Shown here in pieces: positions 16,183-23,922 of a DNA stretch of 24,000 nucleotides. This DNA is from Halococcus sediminicola. Lineage in GTDB: Archaea; Halobacteriota; Halobacteria; Halobacteriales; Halococcaceae. A program made the position numbers and the translations under genes. The notes beneath the pieces were generated by a model. The model did no database searches, was not told the DNA's origin, and worked only from the letters and a program-made list of their open reading frames with translations. The DNA lies in contig NZ_BBMP01000004.1 of the NCBI RefSeq assembly GCF_000755245.1, positions 8,736-32,735 of the forward strand, read 5' to 3'. Within the stretch, counting starts at the first letter, position 1, and every line of letters starts with the position of its first letter.

Positions 16183-16313
16183 TTAGGCGAGGAGTGGAGT
16201 CCGGTCTTTCTTCTCGGGATGTTCGCGTCGAACGTGCTTTTTGAGCGGTTTGTAGCCCGTAGAGCTGTTTTGAATGTCCGATGACAGAACGGACAACCTT
16301 GATAGACGGTCAT
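16183..16313 (-). pseudogene. Small C2H2-type zinc-finger gene with a frameshift
   Basis: The listed ORF begins MTVYQGCPFCHRTFK.. The -1 frame continues ..SSTGYKPLKKHVRREHPEKKDRTPLLA*. Together these give C-x2-C...H-x4-H. The shift occurs at or next to an A4 run. Confidence 0.3.
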
Positions 16314-16602
16314 TCTACGCGAGTTTAGTACTGGAGCGGTTTTCGGGTTCTGGCTGTGACGCTCTTTTGTAGTACAGCGGAATTGTGGGATAGCGAATGG
16401 ATCAACTTCTGGTTAGCCCTATTCGTGGCGTAGCGGCTGCTTCTCATTCCAGCATACTCCTTGGTAGCATGCTGTTCCGCCAGCCTACACAAGAGCGTCT
16501 GGCTTTCATCTACACTACCCACATATTTATCATAATTTGGAGGTGACCTCAATACCGTCACTCTGTCAGCAGACACTTGATTACTGACAGGGGTTGTCTT
16601 GC

Positions 16603-17457
16603 TCAATCAGCGGTGCTGGACTCATCCTTTCTGACAGCAGCAGAATCCGGTTGTGGTGTCCGTGCGAGGTAGCGTCCACCATAGATACTGAGAACAATGA
16701 GCGCTGCGGTCCACCATATGACTGGTTCAATAATAGTTGAGAGAGGGATTTCAGTACCCCCAGGAAACTGAAAGCTGGCGGGCGAGCTGAAGAGGTAGCC
16801 GACGTTGTACATCGCGTGAAATATCATACAGATTAGAACGCTCCCGTTGGTGCTGTTGTATAGCCATGTAATGATGATTGACTCGGGAATGACCCGAAGT
16901 GTGAGAAAGAGTGCCGGAGCAGCAATAGGGCCTTCACCAATAAGATAGACCGGGAAGTGCCAGGTCGCCCAAACGATGCCAATGATCAGGCTAGCAGCAA
17001 ACGCCCCATAGGCTGCTTGTAACCGTGGGAGAGCAAATCCTCGCCATCCAAGCTCTTCTTGACCTCCTCCAACAAAGAAAACAAATAGGAAGCTGAAGAC
17101 GAACTGATCGGTTGGCCTGTAGAATACGGAAGCACCGATGAGACCGATCACCAGTACAGAGAATGCTTGCAAGAGAACTGGAATAGCTACCGCTGCGAGA
17201 TACCATCGAACTTTGATTCGCCACTTGAGTGCCTGTGAAGCCCATGTCCGCAAGTCACCGTCTGTGGCTCGAAGAACAAGCGCAGCAGCGATCGGTGGAC
17301 CGAACGCTGCCGGTACAGTCCATAGAGAACTATTGGGTTCTACCTCCGTCCCTAGAAGAGTATCACCGCCAATCCACACAAGCCACGAACACACAAAGGT
17401 CGCAAAGAAGAATATGGCAACAGGGTGCTTCCGCGCGATCGATGATTCCTCGCCCAT
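16603..17457 (-). CDS. CPBP family intramembrane glutamic endopeptidase (CAAX protease / Abi-type)
   Basis: 284-aa polytopic ORF with the three family motifs: GGGQEELGWRGFALP (EExxxR), WATWHFP (FxxxH-like) and IFHAMYN (HxxxN). Confidence 0.9.
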   Translation of the reverse strand: MGEESSIARKHPVAIFFFATFVCSWLVWIGGDTLLGTEVEPNSSLWTVPAAFGPPIAAALVLRATDGDLRTWASQALKWRIKVRWYLAAVAIPVLLQAFSVLVIGLIGASVFYRPTDQFVFSFLFVFFVGGGQEELGWRGFALPRLQAAYGAFAASLIIGIVWATWHFPVYLIGEGPIAAPALFLTLRVIPESIIITWLYNSTNGSVLICMIFHAMYNVGYLFSSPASFQFPGGTEIPLSTIIEPVIWWTAALIVLSIYGGRYLARTPQPDSAAVRKDESSTAD

Positions 17458-17569
17458 AGAGTTTCACAAAGCACATCAAATCCTCCTCAGTTAGGAGTTT
17501 GTATTCTTCTGACTCCCCCCGCTGCGGCGCAGGCAGGATAAGCGATGAGCGACTTCTTGGTTTCGTTCA

Positions 17570-17764
17570 TCAGGATGCAAGAGCATGGTCGGCATTATCG
17601 GCATCGCCAGCGAGTTCGACATCGGGGTGAACCCGCTGGTAGGGAACGTAGGACCGTTTTGTCTGGCCTTCGTTGACGACGAAGATGAGACCGTACTGAT
17701 CGAGGACTCCCACGTCGTCGTGAACCAGACGATAGTCGCGATCGAGAGTGTCCGCAAGCGCCAC
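17570..17764 (-). pseudogene. C-terminal fragment of a small wHTH DNA-binding protein (haloarchaeal antitoxin-like, HVO_A0114-type)
   Basis: LADTLDRDYRLVHDDVGVLDQYGLIFVVNEGQTKRSYVPYQRVHPDVEL resembles the recognition helix, wing and C-terminus of that family as I recall it. An in-frame TGA lies 10 codons upstream of the GTG, and no N-terminal half exists in any frame. Confidence 0.45.
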
Positions 17765-17990
17765 TGACCGGGCGACCGCCGGCCAGCGACGAAATCACAA
17801 CCGAAGCCGACGGCGAGCACCCCGCCGACCGGGAGCGGCCACAGCGCTTCCAAGATGGCCACCGTGGGCCCGACGACGGCTGCCGCGACGGCGAACCCCG
17901 TTACCGGCGATGGCGGCTCGCCAGTCGGTCATCCGTTGAACCGATTCATCCGCGGGCTATCCGTTCGCTCCTCACGAAGCGGTGGCCGCC

Positions 17991-18416
17991 TCAGTCTTCG
18001 AGCGCGTCGGCGATGCGTTCGAGCGTTCGGCGGACGTCGTGGACCTCGTCGCGGAGCTGGCGCACTTCACGGACCATCTCCTCGTTGCTGCCCTCTTCGG
18101 CCGGGCCGCCGGGACCCGCACCCGGACCGCCGCCCATCCCGCCGGGACCGCCCATGCCGCCGCCGGGACCGCCGCCCATCATGCCGCCCATCATCTGGGC
18201 GAACGGGTTGCCGCCGCCACCGCCCATGCCGCCCGGCCCGCCACCGCCCATCATCTCCTCCATGCGTTCCTCGCGGCTCTGCTCGTCGCCCTCGCTCTCC
18301 TCGTCGCGCTGCTCTCTGATCTCCTCGACGCGCTCGCGGAAGGACTGTTCCTCGTCGCTGCTCTCGGCTTCTTCGGTCGACTCCTCGTCGGTGTGTTCGG
18401 GTTCGTCGTCTACCAT
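17991..18416 (-). CDS. Acidic hypothetical protein with a central Gly/Met/Pro low-complexity core and a C-terminal helical segment
   Basis: 141-aa ORF with an Asp/Glu-rich N-terminus, the core MMGGGGPGGMGGGGGNPFAQMMGGMMGGGPGGGMGGPGGMGGGPGAGPGGP, and the tail EEMVREVRQLRDEVHDVRRTLERIADALED. The three + strand ORFs here are shadows. Confidence 0.8.
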   Translation of the reverse strand: MVDDEPEHTDEESTEEAESSDEEQSFRERVEEIREQRDEESEGDEQSREERMEEMMGGGGPGGMGGGGGNPFAQMMGGMMGGGPGGGMGGPGGMGGGPGAGPGGPAEEGSNEEMVREVRQLRDEVHDVRRTLERIADALED

Positions 18417-18461
18417 GCGCCTCGGTTCGCCGGCCCGCCGGAAAAGCGTTCGGTACCGGTC

Positions 18462-19190
18462 TCAGGCGAAGCCGTCGAGACTGGCCTGTAACTCCCGGTC
18501 GGTCGTTCCCTCGTGGAGTTCGTAGCCAACGAGATCGCGCATATCGACTGCGTAGGTCGTGTCTCGATGGTCAAGCACCAGCACTCGGCCCTTGACGCCA
18601 CGGACGGAGCCACTCAAAAGGGTCTCGGCGACCGGGCGCGCGGCGAGGGCGAGTCCGTAGTCGAAAGCGAACTCCTCGCGGACGTCGAACCCGGCGAGCA
18701 GCATTTTCCACGAGTCTCCGTCGACTTTTTCGCCGAACCCTCGGACTTTCGTCGCGGCGCGCACCCGTTCGGTGATGTCGTGGTCGGTGGCGATGGCCGT
18801 CTCGCGGTCGCGGGCGATGCGGCCGTCCGGCACGGTCGAGATGTGGGCAGCGCGGTCGGCACCCTGCTCGCGCAGGCGGGTTTCGAGCCGTTCGAGTCTG
18901 GTGACGCCCACCTTGAAAACGGCGGGCGCGAAGGCGGCGAGGTAGATGGCGTGTTCGGCCTCGGAGTCGCGGTTGTTCGCCACAGCCCACGGCGTGGTGT
19001 GGACCTCGCAATATGGCGCGCGCTCGCGCCCGCAGACGACGTGTTCTTCACCGTCGATCACTCCGGCGCAGTGGCGCTCGCCGAGCGTGTAGGCGAGTTC
19101 CGTCCCGGAAGCGAGCGACTGCCGGCGCACGACCCCCGCTTCGGCCACGAGAAGGGCGGGGTCGTCGCTCCGATACCCGACGATTTGCAC
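18462..19190 (-). CDS. DUF2797-like protein (Cys-cluster / zinc-ribbon-containing)
   Basis: The long ORF runs 18462-19277. I prefer GTG 19190 (VQIVGYRSDD..) because the upstream 29 codons are basic and would overlap the divergent gene that starts at 19271. Contains HCAGV..VVCGR..PYCEVH. The family call is from memory. Confidence 0.7.
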   Translation of the reverse strand: MQIVGYRSDDPALLVAEAGVVRRQSLASGTELAYTLGERHCAGVIDGEEHVVCGRERAPYCEVHTTPWAVANNRDSEAEHAIYLAAFAPAVFKVGVTRLERLETRLREQGADRAAHISTVPDGRIARDRETAIATDHDITERVRAATKVRGFGEKVDGDSWKMLLAGFDVREEFAFDYGLALAARPVAETLLSGSVRGVKGRVLVLDHRDTTYAVDMRDLVGYELHEGTTDRELQASLDGFA

Positions 19191-19270
19191 ACCGGAGGTC
19201 GGCGACGACGGGGCAAAACCCCACCGCCCTCGGCCCACACGCTTTTTTCCGTCCTCGTTCGACACAGGGT

Positions 19271-19603
19271 ATGACACTCACCGGTAGCCTCGATACGGAG
19301 GTTCACTCCGACCGCGTCTCGTTCGTCTTCACCGTCGAAAACGACGGCGACGAACCCGAGAGGCTCTCGTTTCGGAACTCCTGTACGGCGGACTTCGCCG
19401 TTCTCGACGGCGAGGACGAACGCTGGCGGTGGTCGCAGGGGCGGATGTTCACGCAGGCGCTCCAGTCCGAATCCCTCGGCCCCGGCGAATCGGTGACCTA
19501 CGACGGCGAGTGGCAAAATCCACAGTCGGGAACTCACACGGCGGTGGCGACGCTCGAAGCCGACAATCAGGACTGCGAGGCCCGCACCGAAATCTCGGTG
19601 TAG
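19271..19603 (+). CDS. BsuPI-related putative proteinase inhibitor
   Basis: From ATG 19271: MTLTGSLDTEVHSDRVSFVFTVENDGDEPERLSF..CTADFAVLDGEDERWRWSQGRMFTQAL..LGPGESVTY, the typical BsuPI-like pattern. The listed upstream extension is an Arg-rich shadow. Confidence 0.8.
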   Translation: MTLTGSLDTEVHSDRVSFVFTVENDGDEPERLSFRNSCTADFAVLDGEDERWRWSQGRMFTQALQSESLGPGESVTYDGEWQNPQSGTHTAVATLEADNQDCEARTEISV

Positions 19604-19604
19604 C

Positions 19605-20534
19605 TCAGGTCAGTTCCGATATGAGTTCGCGCGCCGCGTGGCGAACCGCCGCATCGCTCGACAGTTCGGGCGACCAGCCGAGCGCCGAGAGCTTCTCGAC
19701 CGAGAGGCGCATCCGGGGGACGTCGCCGGTCCAGCCGCGGTCGCCGCCCGTATAGCTGTACTCGGGATCCAGCCCCATCTCGTCGGCCACGATGTCCGCG
19801 ATGCGTGTGACGGAGGTCGTGGTTCGCGTTCCCAAATTGTAGGTGTTCAGCGACTGGTCGGTGTGTTCGACGACGTGCTGGATGGCCTCGATGCAGTCGT
19901 CGACGTGGAGGTACGATTTCTCCTGACGGCCGTCGCCGAGGATTTCGAGTTTATTGGGATTCTCGTCGAGTTTTTCGATGAAATCAGGTACTACATTGCC
20001 ACGCTGGTGGGGACCGACGATGTTCGCGAAGCGAAAGAGCCACACGGTGAAGTCATAGGAATGGGCGTACGTCGAGAGCAACCCCTCGTCGGCGAGCTTG
20101 CTCGCACCGTAGATGGAGATGGGTTCGAGCGGCGCGTAGTCTTCGGGCGTGGGCATCGGTGCTTCGCCGTAGACGGTCGACGAAGAGGTGAATGCGACGT
20201 TCGAGACGCCGACCTCGTGGGCGCGTTCGAGCACGTTGTAGGTCATCGCGCCGTTCTCCTCGAACAGTTTCCGGGGCTTGGCGTAGTTCGTGTCGGTGTA
20301 GGCCGCGAAGTGGAACACGCAGTCGACGTCCGCGGTGAGGACCCCCGCCACGTCGTCGGGGTCGGTCATGTCGGCTTCGACGAATTCCGCGCCGTCGGGG
20401 ACGCGCTCGTGGCTGCCTTTCGAGAGATCGTCGGCGACCACGACGTCGTTGTCGGCGAGCAGTCGTGCGGCGAGATGCGAGCCGACGAGTCCCGCCCCAC
20501 CGGTGACGAGCACGCGCTTGCCCGAGAGCTTCAT
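19605..20534 (-). CDS. NAD-dependent epimerase/dehydratase (extended SDR, UDP-glucose 4-epimerase-like)
   Basis: From Met at 20534: MKLSGKRVLVTGGAGLVGSHL (Rossmann GxxGxxG) and catalytic YGASK. 309 aa. The listed 93-codon upstream extension is Pro/Arg-rich. Confidence 0.9.
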   Translation of the reverse strand: MKLSGKRVLVTGGAGLVGSHLAARLLADNDVVVADDLSKGSHERVPDGAEFVEADMTDPDDVAGVLTADVDCVFHFAAYTDTNYAKPRKLFEENGAMTYNVLERAHEVGVSNVAFTSSSTVYGEAPMPTPEDYAPLEPISIYGASKLADEGLLSTYAHSYDFTVWLFRFANIVGPHQRGNVVPDFIEKLDENPNKLEILGDGRQEKSYLHVDDCIEAIQHVVEHTDQSLNTYNLGTRTTTSVTRIADIVADEMGLDPEYSYTGGDRGWTGDVPRMRLSVEKLSALGWSPELSSDAAVRHAARELISELT

Positions 20535-20649
20535 GTCCGGGATGCCGAGGCTCGGAGTATGTGTCTTCCGGTCGCTGCTCGGCCGTCCGGCCGTATCGTG
20601 GGAACCGACGGCCGCGGGATTTATGCCGGCTGCGCCGTGAAAACGAGCA

Positions 20650-21297
20650 ATGAAATCGAAACGCGGACGCTCTACATCATGTCTCGACCGGCGGCGGGCA
20701 CTGCTCGGTATCGGCGGACTCGCCGCGAGCGCTCTGAGTGGCTGTCTCGGCGGGGCGTCGAGCGGGTCCAACGGCTCCGGCGGTGGAGGTGGCGATACGC
20801 TGCCGACACCCATACAGGGAAATCCCGACGCGAGTACGACCGTGGCCGTCTTCGAGGATTTCGCCTGCCCACACTGTCAAACCTACAACCTCGACGTGCT
20901 GCCGACCATCGCCTCGCAGTACATCGATCCTGAGAAGGTTCGCTACGAACACTACGACTTCCCGGTCGTCAACGACACCTCGTGGCGCGCGGCGAGCGCC
21001 GCCCGCGCGGTCCAGAAACGCACCGGCGCGAAGCAGTTTTTCAAGTACGCCAAAGCGCTCTACGAGAATCAGTCGTCGCTCGGTCCCGAGACCTACGCTT
21101 CGCTGGCCGACGAGATGAATCTCGACGGGAGCGCCGTCCGGAAGGCGGCCGAGAATCAGACGCACAAACCGACGGTCTCGGCGAACAAGCAGACCGGCGA
21201 GGACCGTGGCGTCCGGGGCACACCGACGGTCTTCGTCGGCGATAAAACCGTGGATCCGACGGTCGACGCCATCAGTTCGGCCATCGACTCGGCCTGA
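20650..21297 (+). CDS. DsbA-family thioredoxin-fold oxidoreductase, Tat-type lipoprotein
   Basis: LDRRRALLGIGGLAASALSGC combines a twin-arginine motif with a lipobox Cys. The CPHC active site sits in FEDFACPHCQTY. Confidence 0.85.
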   Translation: MKSKRGRSTSCLDRRRALLGIGGLAASALSGCLGGASSGSNGSGGGGGDTLPTPIQGNPDASTTVAVFEDFACPHCQTYNLDVLPTIASQYIDPEKVRYEHYDFPVVNDTSWRAASAARAVQKRTGAKQFFKYAKALYENQSSLGPETYASLADEMNLDGSAVRKAAENQTHKPTVSANKQTGEDRGVRGTPTVFVGDKTVDPTVDAISSAIDSA

Positions 21298-21836
21298 TGC
21301 GGGGCGACTCCGAACTCACCGTCCTCAGACTCGGCCACCGCCCCGGTCGCGACGAGCGCATGAGCACCCACGTCGGGCTGACCGCTCGCGCGCTCGGGGC
21401 CGACCGGGTGGTGTTCGCCGGTAGCGCCGAGGGGCCTCACGAGACCGTCGCCGACATCACCGACCGGTTCGGCGGCCCGTTCGAGGTTGAGGTGAGCGAA
21501 TCGTACCGCCCACTACTGGAGGACTTCGAGGGGCGAGTCGTCCATCTCACGATGTACGGACTCCCAGTTCAGAAGGTCGAGGAAGAGATCCGCACCGCCC
21601 ACCGGAGCGAGCCGCTGCTCGTCGTCGTCGGAGCCGAGAAGGTCCCCTTCGACGTCTACGAGGCGGCCGACCACAACGTCGCCGTCACCAACCAGCCCCA
21701 CTCGGAGGTCGCCTCGCTCGCGGTCTTTCTCGACAGACTCCACGAGGGCCGCGAACTCGACCGCGAGTGGAAAGGTGCCGAACGGCGCGTGATTCCCCGA
21801 GAACGCGGCAAGCACGTCGAGAGCGACGAGCGGTGA
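21297..21836 (+). CDS. trm56: tRNA (cytidine56-2'-O)-methyltransferase (aTrm56)
   Basis: VLRLGHRPGRDERMSTHVGLTARALGA..., then ..VVVGAEKVP..AVTNQPHSEVASLAVFLDRL, is the SPOUT-type aTrm56 pattern. Its ATG overlaps the upstream TGA by 1 nt. Confidence 0.85.
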   Translation: MRGDSELTVLRLGHRPGRDERMSTHVGLTARALGADRVVFAGSAEGPHETVADITDRFGGPFEVEVSESYRPLLEDFEGRVVHLTMYGLPVQKVEEEIRTAHRSEPLLVVVGAEKVPFDVYEAADHNVAVTNQPHSEVASLAVFLDRLHEGRELDREWKGAERRVIPRERGKHVESDER

Positions 21837-21875
21837 ACGATGGGTTTACACCGCTGGGTCGCCCGCATACGGTAA

Positions 21876-22394
21876 ATGGCGTTTGAGGAGCTTCTCTCCG
21901 ACCCCGTCGTCCAAACCTATCTCCACGAACTTGTCGGTCCGCGTGGAATGCCCGTCGCCGCAGCGCCGCCCGACGGCGAGGTCACGGACGAAGAACTCGC
22001 CGAGGAGTTGGACCTCGAACTCAACGACGTCCGGCGAGCGCTGTTCATCCTCTACGAGAACGACCTCGCCGACTACCGACGGCTGCGCGACGAGGACTCC
22101 GGCTGGTTGACTTACCTCTGGACGCTCGAATACGACTCCATCCCCGAAAATCTCCGCGAGGAGATGGGCGACCTGCTCGCCGCGCTCGAACGACGCCGCG
22201 AGTACGAGCGCAACCACGAGTTCTTCCTCTGTGAGACGGATTCGATCCGCTTCGAGTTCGAGGAGGCGATGGAGTTCGGCTTCGAGTGTCCCCAGTGTGG
22301 CTCGGACCTCGAAGCGCTCGACAACGACCGACTCATCGACGCGATGGACGAACGCATCGACGAACTCCGCGACGAACTCAACGTGCCCGCCTGA
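21876..22394 (+). CDS. tfe: Transcription factor E (TFIIE-alpha homolog)
   Basis: An N-terminal winged helix (VVQTYLHELVG...DEELAEELDLELNDVRRALFILYENDLADYRR..DEDSGWLTYLW) is followed by the zinc-ribbon region F.C..D.IRF.FEEA....F.CPQCG. 172 aa. Confidence 0.9.
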   Translation: MAFEELLSDPVVQTYLHELVGPRGMPVAAAPPDGEVTDEELAEELDLELNDVRRALFILYENDLADYRRLRDEDSGWLTYLWTLEYDSIPENLREEMGDLLAALERRREYERNHEFFLCETDSIRFEFEEAMEFGFECPQCGSDLEALDNDRLIDAMDERIDELRDELNVPA

Positions 22395-23059
22395 TGGTCG
22401 TCCTCGCCACCAAATGCTACGTCGAAGGCGATGCTCGCGAGCGCGCGCTCGACGGACTTCGCTCGCTGGTCGACAACGCCATCGGCGACCTCGACGTCGA
22501 ATACGACATCGGGATCCGTCACGACGACTTTCCGAGCGTCACTGTCGAGGGCGAAGACGCGGTCGTCGCCAGGAACGTCCTCGGCGAACAGTGGGGCACC
22601 ATCACGCCGGATTTCGAGGCGGGCGAAACCTACACTGGGACTCTGGAATCGTGGGACGCGTCGGGGTTCGTTCTCGACGCCGGCGAACACATGAAAATCC
22701 CGAGCAGCGAACTCGGACTCGGCCCGGGCACGCCAGAACAGGTCCGTACACGATTCGGACTCGTTCAACACGTGCCCATGCAGTTCGTCTACGACGAGCC
22801 ACACCGACTGGCCGACGCCGAGCGCGACAGGTTGTACGAGTGGTCGCGCGGCGCGGGGCGCGTGAACGTCAACAGCGCGACCCGTGGTGAGGTGCGCGCG
22901 ACCGTCAATCGGGCGGGTCACGCACAGGACATCGTCACCGTCGAGCGCCTCGGTCTCTTGGAGCAGAGCATCGTCTGTGGCGAGGGCACCGACCCGCCGG
23001 GGCTGCTGTCGAGCATCGGGGGGTATCTGCCGGCCGAACTGCTCTGTGTCGTGCCATGA
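22394..23059 (+). CDS. DUF2110-family protein
   Basis: ATG 22394 overlaps the tfe stop (TGATG). MVVLATKCYVEGDARERALDGLRSLV... is acidic, 221 aa. This is the conserved position downstream of tfe in haloarchaea as I recall. The upstream 36 codons of the listed ORF are shadow. Confidence 0.75.
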   Translation: MVVLATKCYVEGDARERALDGLRSLVDNAIGDLDVEYDIGIRHDDFPSVTVEGEDAVVARNVLGEQWGTITPDFEAGETYTGTLESWDASGFVLDAGEHMKIPSSELGLGPGTPEQVRTRFGLVQHVPMQFVYDEPHRLADAERDRLYEWSRGAGRVNVNSATRGEVRATVNRAGHAQDIVTVERLGLLEQSIVCGEGTDPPGLLSSIGGYLPAELLCVVP

Positions 23060-23811
23060 ACCGTCGGCGAGCGCTCGCCGGTGTGCTGCTGGTCGCCTTT
23101 CTCGTTCTCGCGGGCTGTTCGTCGATTCTCGGGCCGGATTCGGTCGACCAGAACGCGCTCGCCGAAAACGAAACCTACGACTGGAGCAGTGACGCCAACG
23201 CCTCGATCAACGTGACGGGAAGCGAGTACGAGGCCGTCTACAACGTCGACAACCAGTCACAGTTCGCCGTCCACAGCCGTGACGGTCTCGGTCGCGAGGG
23301 ACCGCTCGCCATCTCGGCGCTCAGATTCCGGTATCCCAACGGAACGATCGTCGGTCCGTCGTCACCGGCGCTGAACGCGACCAACCAGCAAGAGCGGACG
23401 GTGATCGGCCTGCCAGCACGGAACGGCGAACTCGCCTTCAGCGCGCCGGCACAGGGCAAACGATTTTCGACACAGGCGTTCGTTTCGGGCACCTACGACG
23501 TGACGATTCCAAAGGGGATGCGCGTCACCTACGAACCGCTCGCGCACGTCTCGCCCGGCGATTACGAGACGACGCGCACCGAGACGGGCCGGGTGCAGAT
23601 TCGCTGGGACGACGTTCAGAGCAACGCGGTCTCGGTTCGGTACTACCTCGCGCGCGACCTCTACATTTTCGCCGCCGGGGCCGCCGTGCTCGTGGTGGTC
23701 GCGCTCGTCGGCGCGCTCTACTACCTCCGCCAGATTCGTGAACTAGAACGCCGCCGCGAGCAGGCCGGCCCGGACGTCGACACCGGCGAGAACGACGGTC
23801 CCGGGCTCTGA
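23056..23811 (+). CDS. Lipoprotein-type hypothetical protein with a C-terminal TM anchor (possibly DUF5803-like)
   Basis: MNRRRALAGVLLVAFLVLAGCSS is a signal peptide with a lipobox. A C-terminal TM (IFAAGAAVLVVVALVGALYYL) is followed by a charged tail. Its ATG overlaps the upstream stop (ATGA). Confidence 0.75.
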   Translation: MNRRRALAGVLLVAFLVLAGCSSILGPDSVDQNALAENETYDWSSDANASINVTGSEYEAVYNVDNQSQFAVHSRDGLGREGPLAISALRFRYPNGTIVGPSSPALNATNQQERTVIGLPARNGELAFSAPAQGKRFSTQAFVSGTYDVTIPKGMRVTYEPLAHVSPGDYETTRTETGRVQIRWDDVQSNAVSVRYYLARDLYIFAAGAAVLVVVALVGALYYLRQIRELERRREQAGPDVDTGENDGPGL

Positions 23812-23922
23812 ACGGTCGACGGGCGACTCGTCACGCTGGCCGGTCAGAATGACCCGGACAGGACCGAACCCGTGACGACCGAACGCCAGAACGACTAATT
23901 GATGCCCGCGCGTAGCTGGGCC

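Noticed and set aside
16325-16606. 93-aa - strand ORF overlapping the CPBP stop by 4 nt, which suggests translational coupling.
   Set aside because: It starts at TTG and is basic and low-complexity, in an AT-rich spacer. A 7-bp hairpin (16563-16590) sits inside its 5' end, more consistent with a 3' UTR of the CPBP gene.
17855-18525. Three overlapping + strand ORFs (154-170 aa) rich in Pro/Arg/Ala/Ser.
   Set aside because: They mirror the Gly/Met/Pro-rich gene on the - strand. Their low-complexity P/R/A strings arise from GGN/CCN repeats read in the wrong sense.
19638-20933. 431-aa + strand ORF, the longest in the window, plus other long ORFs at 18513-19274 (+), 22112-22921 (-), 20677-21165 (-) and 21513-21815 (-).
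   Set aside because: They are antisense to genes with clear family motifs (SDR epimerase, DUF2797, DUF2110, DsbA, Trm56). Their products are Arg/Gly/Val-rich and basic, which is typical shadow-ORF composition in high-G+C DNA.
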